Assembly: GCA_964538615.1 (NCBI GenBank)
Contig: CAZIGK010000007.1
Location: 29,422-93,421, forward strand
DNA length: 64,000 nucleotides
Source of the DNA: an uncultured Rickettsiales bacterium
GTDB taxonomy: Bacteria > Pseudomonadota > Alphaproteobacteria > Rickettsiales > RI-342
Reading direction: 5' to 3'
The notes under the pieces were generated by a model. It saw only the letters and a program-made list of their open reading frames with translations. It made no database searches and was not told the origin of the DNA. Within the stretch, counting starts at the first letter, position 1, and every line of letters starts with the position of its first letter. Positions 57,559 through 64,000 of this stretch are shown piece after piece. The translations under genes were made by a program, and so were the position numbers.

Positions 57559-58779
57559 ATGGATTTGTCATGCGCCGGAGATAGGGTATTGCAGCCGCAG
57601 AAAAAGCGGAAAGATACACCCCTAAGCAATGAAGTCCTTTCCATGACAACACCGACACCACGCAAATTATTGAATGCTATCTATAGTGATACCCAGCTCA
57701 CGGATCATGCTGCTTATGAAGCGAATGAAGCACGTATGGCCAGAGCACGCGATACATTTCGGGGACATACGACAGAAAACCGAATGGTGTTTGATTTGGT
57801 CGTTGCGTTGGCAACGGCACTGCAACGGGAAGGTGAACCTTTGCGATTGCTGGATATTGGTACGGAGGATTCGGATAATATTACCCGTATTGTACAACAG
57901 ATGCTTGAGCAGGGTTTGGCGCAACCTGAGGTGATGGTGACGGATATTCGCCCGGAAATGCAGTCGAAAGTGCAGGCAACTTTCAGAGAGCGTGGGCTGC
58001 CGCTGCCCCAAGGTGTATTTGGCGATATGACAGATTTTACGCAGCATGGCGCAGGTGAGATGCTGGAGGCCTTGGGAGTCACCGATGATCATGCACCGGA
58101 TGTGGTGTTGTTTTCCCATGTCGGATATTATGTTCCATCTGACATGTTGCCGCGTGCGATGCATGAAATTAGCGGGCTGACGCATGCACGAGGGGTGAAT
58201 GTGAGTATTCATTCGGATGGAGATTCAACATTTGACCGTTTGCGCGTGGCACTGGGGGCAGAAATTCATGCGGAAGATAACGCCATGCAAGCAACCCATG
58301 GCCGCATTATGCAGGCGCACCGAACCAATAAACAGCCCTTTTTTGAAGTGCGTGTTCCGGCATCTTTGCTGCTGCCGAATGCGCCGGAAGTATTGAAAGC
58401 GGCGTTTTTTGCTGATGTGAGACAGGCTCCACCTGAAATGCTGGCGCGCGCTGATTACGCGACATACCGGAATATACTGGAAGCGATGACTTACAAAACG
58501 CCCTATGCACATGCGGCGCGCAGTCTGGGAGAAGAGGGGTTGCAGGCATTATGGAATCAGGAGATTGCACCCGCCATTGCAGCGTCTCACGGTCGCGAGC
58601 ATTTGGCGCTATCCCTAGGTGGGGGCCGTGTTGTGATTGGTTTTGGGCAAGGTGTGGAGCGCGATTTTGTAAGAGAGGTTCATACTGCCGCCAGAGAGTT
58701 TGCGCGCCAACAGCCAGAGCAAGGATGGTCAGACGCGGTGAAGCGTGCTTACAATCCGGCAGAAATAGCCCGGTATTAG
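57559..58779 (+). CDS. hypothetical protein, possibly a Rossmann/methyltransferase-like fold
   Basis: 406-aa ORF; ATG 57643 (MTTPTPRKLL...) is an alternative start. The strand order resembles class I methyltransferases (LRLLDIGTEDSD / VMVTDIRPE / GDMTDF / DVVLFSHVGYYV), but the Gly-rich SAM loop is not conserved. Confidence 0.5.
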   Translation: MDLSCAGDRVLQPQKKRKDTPLSNEVLSMTTPTPRKLLNAIYSDTQLTDHAAYEANEARMARARDTFRGHTTENRMVFDLVVALATALQREGEPLRLLDIGTEDSDNITRIVQQMLEQGLAQPEVMVTDIRPEMQSKVQATFRERGLPLPQGVFGDMTDFTQHGAGEMLEALGVTDDHAPDVVLFSHVGYYVPSDMLPRAMHEISGLTHARGVNVSIHSDGDSTFDRLRVALGAEIHAEDNAMQATHGRIMQAHRTNKQPFFEVRVPASLLLPNAPEVLKAAFFADVRQAPPEMLARADYATYRNILEAMTYKTPYAHAARSLGEEGLQALWNQEIAPAIAASHGREHLALSLGGGRVVIGFGQGVERDFVREVHTAAREFARQQPEQGWSDAVKRAYNPAEIARY

Positions 58780-58800
58780 GCCGTATCGTATTGGTTGTGA

Positions 58801-58885
58801 GGTGAGGCCATCCGAAAAAGCCTCACCCTGCCTCTGTTCATTCATTAGCAGAGGCAGGGTATTGAGCCGTATTTAAAAATACGGC
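58801..58885. terminator. three consecutive GC-rich hairpins between convergent genes
   Basis: GGTGAGGC/GCCTCACC (58801-58827), CCCTGCCTCTG/CAGAGGCAGGG (58826-58859) and GCCGTATT/AATACGGC (58866-58885). T-runs are weak, so terminator function is inferred from position. Confidence 0.5.
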
Positions 58886-58895
58886 CAGTAGCGCG

Positions 58896-60185
58896 TCAGG
58901 CGGCAGCTTTTTTGGTGAGGGAATCCAAAAATACATGCACCTGCTGATCCAGCCGGTCTGCTTCACCGGAGAGGGCTTTCGCCGTATCCAGCAGGGTGAG
59001 GGCTACTGTATTGGCCGTTTGCACTTCGTTTGCTGCATCCGCAATATTGGAGTTCACTTCCTGCGTATTGCGTGCGGCGTCCTGCATGCTGTTGGCAATG
59101 GATACGGTCGTGCCGGATTGCTGACGAACGGCAGAAGAAATATTGGCTGCATATTCCAGCACGTCTTTAATGGAGTCCTTAATGCTTACCAAGGCTCCGA
59201 CGACTTCCGATGAGACGCCCTGCATGCCTTTAATTTTATCCGCTATTTCTTCGGTTGCACGTGCGGTTTCCGAAGCGAGGTTTTTCACCTCAGTCGCAAC
59301 GACAGCAAAGCCTTTGCCTGCTTCACCAGCGCGGGCGGCCTCAATAGTGGCATTGAGTGACAGCAGGTTGATACTGCCGGCAATTTCCTGAATCAGATGA
59401 ACAACCTGACCAATTTCTTCGCTGAAACGGGTAAGGTCGCTGGCGGCTTTGTCTGCTTCTTCCGTGCGGGTGACGGTTCTGCCCACCGCATCGGTAGAGC
59501 TGCTGGCCTGTGATTCAATATTCACAATCGATTGCGACATTTCCGTAGAGGCGGAGGCAACTTTATTCAGGTTTTCCGCCGTAACGTCCGCAGCGGAGCG
59601 AATAACCTGCGTTTTTTGAATCACGCTGTCCATTTTCTGTGCCATTTGTTCAGCGGCTTGCTGCATTTGGCGGGAAGAGTTAATCAAGCCCTGAATGATG
59701 CTTTTGACCTGTGCTTCAAAGTCGGACGCCAGCTTTTCCATCAGGCGCTGTTTTTCCTCTTCCGCCTGCTTTTCGGCTTCGCGTTGGCGCTCTTCCAGCC
59801 GTTTTTTCTCTATGGCACCCTCTTTGAACATCTGCACCTTGCGCGCCATGCTGCCAATTTCCGTACCTTCACGGGTGTAGGGAACCTCTACCCCCAAGTC
59901 TCCCTCTGTTAGCATGCGCATGGTCTCACCCAATCGTTTGATTGGGCGTGTGCATATTTGGTAAATCACAAAGCCCACCAGTGCATTCACAATGAAGGCG
60001 GCTCCAATCTGGCTCATCAGATCGCTGAAGAATGGTGCGCTTTCCGCCTCACCAAACTCATGGCGCACATGAAGATAACTGCGTACACCAAAGGCAATAC
60101 CGACGATAGAGAGAAAAAGACAGGTGGATTGCAGACGAAACGACAGGCTACGATAGATACGAAGAATGTTCAGCATGGATGACAT
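58896..60185 (-). CDS. methyl-accepting chemotaxis protein (short periplasmic loop, HAMP plus MA domain)
   Basis: 429 aa. Two N-terminal TM segments about 30 aa apart, a HAMP domain (PIKRLGETMRMLTEGDLGVEV), and the conserved signalling hairpin (LLSLNATIEAARAGEAGKGFAVVATEVKNLA). Confidence 0.9.
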   Translation of the reverse strand: MSSMLNILRIYRSLSFRLQSTCLFLSIVGIAFGVRSYLHVRHEFGEAESAPFFSDLMSQIGAAFIVNALVGFVIYQICTRPIKRLGETMRMLTEGDLGVEVPYTREGTEIGSMARKVQMFKEGAIEKKRLEERQREAEKQAEEEKQRLMEKLASDFEAQVKSIIQGLINSSRQMQQAAEQMAQKMDSVIQKTQVIRSAADVTAENLNKVASASTEMSQSIVNIESQASSSTDAVGRTVTRTEEADKAASDLTRFSEEIGQVVHLIQEIAGSINLLSLNATIEAARAGEAGKGFAVVATEVKNLASETARATEEIADKIKGMQGVSSEVVGALVSIKDSIKDVLEYAANISSAVRQQSGTTVSIANSMQDAARNTQEVNSNIADAANEVQTANTVALTLLDTAKALSGEADRLDQQVHVFLDSLTKKAAA

Positions 60186-60324
60186 AACCTACAACGGTAA
60201 TATTGACATTTTAACTAGAACAATAACGCGCAATGGTCAAAGAAAAATATACAAAATGAATGATTGCCTCTACAATTTGTAGTGTTTATTTGAGTGGGTT
60301 AACAACCAAATATAGGGTTATGCC

Positions 60325-60690
60325 ATGTTGATAGCCGGAGCTTTGTGGGCGCTGTTTTCTCTGATGCTAAGCGCATGGGTTCAGCACGCTATCATGGGGG
60401 ATATATCTTCGCTACGTATTGCGCATCATTATCTACTGGTGCATGGTGCAGTGGTTTGTGGTGTGGGATATGGTCAGGTATCCGGGCATTTGCCAAGAGT
60501 GTCTGGCTGGCTGTTGTTGATGGGGAGTGCATTGTTTGCGATGGGGGTCTATGCCTCGCACTGGCGATTAGCGCAATGGGGTGTCATGGCGCCTGTGGGA
60601 GGAGTCATGATGATGCTGGGGTGGGCGTGCATGGCATTTTATGGCTTTAAACGCCGCAGGGAAACGGCTTCTTTACCCTTTCGGGAGTAA
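60325..60690 (+). CDS. DUF423 (YgdD-like) membrane protein
   Basis: 121 aa with four TM segments. The HHYLLVHG and [14 protein letters not shown] pattern resembles DUF423. Confidence 0.55.
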   Translation: MLIAGALWALFSLMLSAWVQHAIMGDISSLRIAHHYLLVHGAVVCGVGYGQVSGHLPRVSGWLLLMGSALFAMGVYASHWRLAQWGVMAPVGGVMMMLGWACMAFYGFKRRRETASLPFRE

Positions 60691-60694
60691 GCAC

Positions 60695-60868
60695 ATGAGA
60701 GGTGTCAAAAAACAGCACCTGCCAACGAAAACCTGTATTGTCTGTCAGCGGCCGTTCATCTGGCGCAAAAAATGGGAAAAAATATGGCAGGACGTGAAAT
60801 ATTGTTCAGATGCGTGTCGTGCGATGCGGCAGGCAAAAATGGTAACGAGTGAGGATAGAAAACAATGA
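60695..60868 (+). CDS. DUF2256 zinc-ribbon protein
   Basis: The track ORF starts at 60641; ATG 60695 gives [42 protein letters not shown]. Confidence 0.75.
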   Translation: MRGVKKQHLPTKTCIVCQRPFIWRKKWEKIWQDVKYCSDACRAMRQAKMVTSEDRKQ

Positions 60869-61848
60869 AAGAACGTATTGCGATTATTGGATCCGGCATG
60901 GCGGGAGCAGTATTGGCCAAAGCGCTGAAAAACCGTGGCTATGATGTGGATGTGTTTGAAAAAGCCCGTGGGGCTGGGGGGCGCATGTCTACCCGCACGG
61001 CGGAAGGCGTGAGTTTTGACCATGGAGCACAATATTTCACCCTGCGCAATGTGGCCGCCCGGCAATGGATGCAGCCGTTGTTTGACAAGGGGTTGATTCA
61101 GCATTGGCATGGGCCGTATGTCACCCTTCGCAAGGATGGTAGTCTCTCCCCTTTCCAGCGGGCGGATAATTGCTTTGTTGGGGTGCCGGGAATGAATGTG
61201 ATTCCTAAAACCCTGCTGGAGGGTTTGAATGTGAAATACAATACCTCGGTTCGTAACATGGATAAAACCAAAGACGGTGCCTGGCAACTGAAGTCTGATG
61301 ATGATAAAGACTTAGGCATCTATCAGCGTGTGCTGTTGACCATGCCCCCGCAACAGGCGGTGGCTTTGTTGCCCCAAAACTTTGCCCATGTGCAAACGTT
61401 ACAGTCTTTGGAGATGTTTCCGTGCTTGTCTCTTATGGTTGCGCCAGAATACAGCATTAAACCACGCTGGGCTGCTGGGAAGGTGGAAAACAGCGATGTC
61501 ATTAGTTGGTTGGCATGGAACCATACGAAGCCGGGACGCGGAGAATCCCCCACGCTAGTGGCGCATACCCGACGCAGATGGACGGAAGCGCGGTTGGATA
61601 TTGACCCCATGACGGTGCTGGATGAACTGTTGGACGAGGCGGAACGGCTGTGTGGCTACAAACTGCGCCCCTATAAATATGCCACCGTACACCGTTGGCT
61701 CTATGCCCGCCCAACGGATCAACGCGGTCCCGGTGCGTTGTGGGATGCATCCCTGTGTCTGGGTTACGCGGGTGATGCCTGTACGGGGGGGCGGGTAGAG
61801 GGAGCCATTGTCTCTGCGCTGGATTTGATTAGCCAGATGGAGTTGTAA
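60865..61848 (+). CDS. NAD(P)/FAD-dependent oxidoreductase (COG3380, renalase-like)
   Basis: 327 aa: [17 protein letters not shown]...[17 protein letters not shown]...FDHGAQYFT...GYAGDAC. Four-nt overlap with the DUF2256 gene. Confidence 0.8.
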   Translation: MKERIAIIGSGMAGAVLAKALKNRGYDVDVFEKARGAGGRMSTRTAEGVSFDHGAQYFTLRNVAARQWMQPLFDKGLIQHWHGPYVTLRKDGSLSPFQRADNCFVGVPGMNVIPKTLLEGLNVKYNTSVRNMDKTKDGAWQLKSDDDKDLGIYQRVLLTMPPQQAVALLPQNFAHVQTLQSLEMFPCLSLMVAPEYSIKPRWAAGKVENSDVISWLAWNHTKPGRGESPTLVAHTRRRWTEARLDIDPMTVLDELLDEAERLCGYKLRPYKYATVHRWLYARPTDQRGPGALWDASLCLGYAGDACTGGRVEGAIVSALDLISQMEL

Positions 61849-61879
61849 TTTTTATCGCATTTGCCTCTGCGGGGGGGAT

Positions 61880-61922
61880 GGATTCCGCATCACGCTCACT
61901 GCCGCTCGCTGTACGGAATGAC
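61880..61922. repeat. GGATTCCG-N26-CGGAATGAC palindromic element (same frame as the 46776 and 51685 elements)
   Basis: The arms ATTCCG / CGGAAT flank a 26-nt spacer. The GGAT...ATGAC ends match the other copies. Confidence 0.5.
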
Positions 61923-61965
61923 AACAATGACAATGAGGCTGGCGTGGTTTTATCCACGATAGGTC

Positions 61966-61992
61966 AAAAAAAAGGGCTGGCAGTGCCAGCCC
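61966..61992 (-). terminator. intrinsic terminator of the 598-aa gene (usable from both directions)
   Basis: GGGCTGGC (61974-61981) / GCCAGCCC (61985-61992), preceded by A8 on the + strand, which is a T8 tail on the minus strand. Confidence 0.85.
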
Positions 61993-62017
61993 TTTATGTG
62001 TGATTTGGCTTCAGCTA

Positions 62018-63814
62018 TTACCGCATCTCTACGCCGTTGGCTTGCTCTACTGCCGGGCGGGCGGTGCTGTTCGCTGCGATGCCGCCATTGTTTTGAGCCT
62101 GAACTCCACTGGCTGCACTTTGCACCTGCGCTTGCAGGGCAGGGTCGCCGGCCAGAGCGGCTTCAATTTCCGCCTGACGGTCACGCTGCTCTGCTGCCTG
62201 TTGGGCGCCTTGCACCTGACCCCGGGTGGTAGCATCCCCCGTGACCAGTGGTGTTACGGCCTGCGTTACCTGCTGGCCAATATTGTTGGCAAGGTTGGCA
62301 GCACCGGCACCATTGAATAACCCTTCGATAAAGCCCATGATGGAATCGCCAATTTGCGAGAAGATATTGCCGCGTGCATGTTGCGCCAGTGCGGAAGCTA
62401 CGCCATCAATATTTTTGTCAATATTTTCAGCATATTGAATCCATCCTCCGGTGGGGGGGGCCGCTTGGGGATCCAGTGCGGCATACGCACCAATCAGGTT
62501 GAGGAGTTCCTGCTTGTTGACACCGGGGGGCACTTTGATGCCATTCATGTCAAGAATGCCTTCTTTCGCCCATTCCATGGAGTTGTTGATCTTTTTCGCC
62601 AATGCATAGGAGATAGTGAAATCTCCCCCCATAAGGGTTGCCATTTTGTTCTTGATAATGCTCTCGACGGCTGCCCGGTTCGCTTCTTCGTCATTGGGGG
62701 CGCTGGCTGCACGGGAGCGGTCGATAAAATGTTCCCCGGCACGCATGATGGTTGCCCCAACGTTTTTCGTCAGGGTGTGCTCTACACCATTGACATCTTG
62801 CCAGGTAAAGCCCTTACCGTCATACAGTTCTGCAAACACCTTGGTTTCCACTTGTTTGCGAGTGGATATTTTGGCTTGTTCGTGGAACGTTTCAAAGCTG
62901 GAGACCAAGCCATCCACAACCGTGGCTTCCAGTCCCATTTGTAGCAAGTTCTCTCGCATTTTAGCGGGATCACCATTGGATGCTTTCATGGCCTCTGCGA
63001 GATCATTTAGTTGAAATTGATTCCGAGTAGCACCTACTTGCTCTGCTCCCCACATGCCGAGATGCTGACCCAGAAAATATCCTCCAGCGCCAACGGCACC
63101 AACAATAGCAACACCAACCACTATGGGGGCTGCAACTACCGCTGCGCCAGCTAAAAGCCCGGTTCCTACGACTGCTCCTACCCCTGTTGCAACAGCACCT
63201 CCTACAGCAACAGCTCCTGCAGCACCTGCAACCCCGCCGACTATTGCGCCAGCCGCGCCTACGCCAAGACCCCAACCTGTTGCGGCTTGTTTGGTTGCAA
63301 CAATATTTGCATTCGCAAGTACCGCAGAATTGGCTTCCAGTGCTTGCGCCATGGCTGTGGCCATGGCTAGTTCGTCTGTGCGGCGGTCAATTTCCACAGC
63401 CAATGCGGGCATAACAGCCGCCATTTCCTGCACTTCTGCATCTGTCGCGCCGGGGAAGCCTTCCCGTATGGCGGCTGCAACATCCGCACTTTTTTGCAAA
63501 TCATCCATAAATTTGCCAAGTAGCACAAAGTCATTCAGGCGAGATTGATGCTCCGGGCTGGCGGCATATTTATTCTGAGCAATTTGTAGGTTGGCCTGTG
63601 CTTCGTTGATAATAGCCTGACGCGCTTCATAGAGTTTTCTTTGAAGCTCACTAACACCAGAATCTACTTCCGCATTAATATCACCTAGCGTCCGGCTGAC
63701 GGTTCCCGGTGCAGCGAGGGCAGCCCCTACGGGGTCAACGGTGGCTTGGGCAACGTTCCCTGCGAGTGCGGTTGCGTCCTGTGCCAGATTTTGATTCGGA
63801 TCCGCCATGTGCAT
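62018..63814 (-). CDS. hypothetical large protein with a central glycine-zipper membrane region
   Basis: 598-aa ORF; the second ATG at 63808 has the better GGGA spacing. Helical N-terminal ~170 aa, then ~70 aa made almost only of G/A/V (GWGLGVGAAGAIVGGVAGAAGAVAVGGAVATGVGAVVGTGLLAGAAVVAAPIVVGVAIVGAVGAGGYFLG), then a ~250-aa globular part and an A/Q-rich tail. No family recognised. Confidence 0.65.
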   Translation of the reverse strand: MHMADPNQNLAQDATALAGNVAQATVDPVGAALAAPGTVSRTLGDINAEVDSGVSELQRKLYEARQAIINEAQANLQIAQNKYAASPEHQSRLNDFVLLGKFMDDLQKSADVAAAIREGFPGATDAEVQEMAAVMPALAVEIDRRTDELAMATAMAQALEANSAVLANANIVATKQAATGWGLGVGAAGAIVGGVAGAAGAVAVGGAVATGVGAVVGTGLLAGAAVVAAPIVVGVAIVGAVGAGGYFLGQHLGMWGAEQVGATRNQFQLNDLAEAMKASNGDPAKMRENLLQMGLEATVVDGLVSSFETFHEQAKISTRKQVETKVFAELYDGKGFTWQDVNGVEHTLTKNVGATIMRAGEHFIDRSRAASAPNDEEANRAAVESIIKNKMATLMGGDFTISYALAKKINNSMEWAKEGILDMNGIKVPPGVNKQELLNLIGAYAALDPQAAPPTGGWIQYAENIDKNIDGVASALAQHARGNIFSQIGDSIMGFIEGLFNGAGAANLANNIGQQVTQAVTPLVTGDATTRGQVQGAQQAAEQRDRQAEIEAALAGDPALQAQVQSAASGVQAQNNGGIAANSTARPAVEQANGVEMR

Positions 63815-63960
63815 TCCCTTTCATGCGTTGTGGAATCTTATCCTGTGTACCACAGTACAGGAGAAATTTGAAACTTTTGTGAATGTGTTGCGCAAAAGAT
63901 GTGCAATGCGTTAGATTGCGTCCTTTTTGATGGGTAGCTGAGCGGGAATGGCGAGGGGAC

Positions 63961-63985
63961 AAAAACGGCGGCAAGTAGGCCGCCG
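63961..63985 (-). terminator. intrinsic terminator (minus strand) for a gene beyond the right window edge
   Basis: CGGCGGC (63966-63972) / GCCGCCG (63979-63985). On the minus strand it is followed by TTTTT. Confidence 0.6.
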
Positions 63986-64000
63986 CCTTCAGCGAGCGCC

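Overview
This window looks like mostly core chromosome from a flagellated alphaproteobacterium. The lineage markers are FliX divergent from flgI, a single-domain FlgJ, gltD placed before gltB, a one-Cys DksA, and the rlpA-dac-tmk-holB-metG-tatD synteny. I can support about 55 protein-coding genes. Housekeeping genes are thiC, typA, xthA, erpA, dgt, argS, tmk, holB, metG, gltDB and rlmJ, plus a CBS/CGL reverse-transsulfuration pair. There is a cell-envelope block (SPOR protein, nagZ, tatAB, MltB-like, rlpA, PBP5-like carboxypeptidase) and a flagellar block (fliX | flgI-flgJ-flgN-like-flgK-flgL-fliW, then fliB), with an MCP further on. I saw no rRNA, tRNA, CRISPR array, transposase, integrase, prophage or recognisable defence system. 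I cannot point to one clear-cut new system; the items below are leads, not discoveries. (1) An orphan virB8-virB9 pair sits at the end of a housekeeping operon, with no other T4SS gene in 64 kb. (2) Two large stand-alone Ala/Gly-rich proteins have no family I recognise, and one carries a ~70-aa glycine-zipper membrane core. (3) A secreted ankyrin-repeat protein lies next to a full-length ANL-family (acyl-CoA synthetase-like) protein whose catalytic motifs are degenerate. (4) A ~300-nt structured, terminator-ended RNA candidate lies upstream of a small OMP gene. (5) A DctP-type solute-binding protein is translationally coupled to an SLC13/DASS permease rather than to DctQM. (6) A family of GGATxCC...GGxATGAC palindromic elements is dispersed in intergenic regions. 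All functional calls come from reading the translations by eye; no HMM, BLAST or composition statistics were run.
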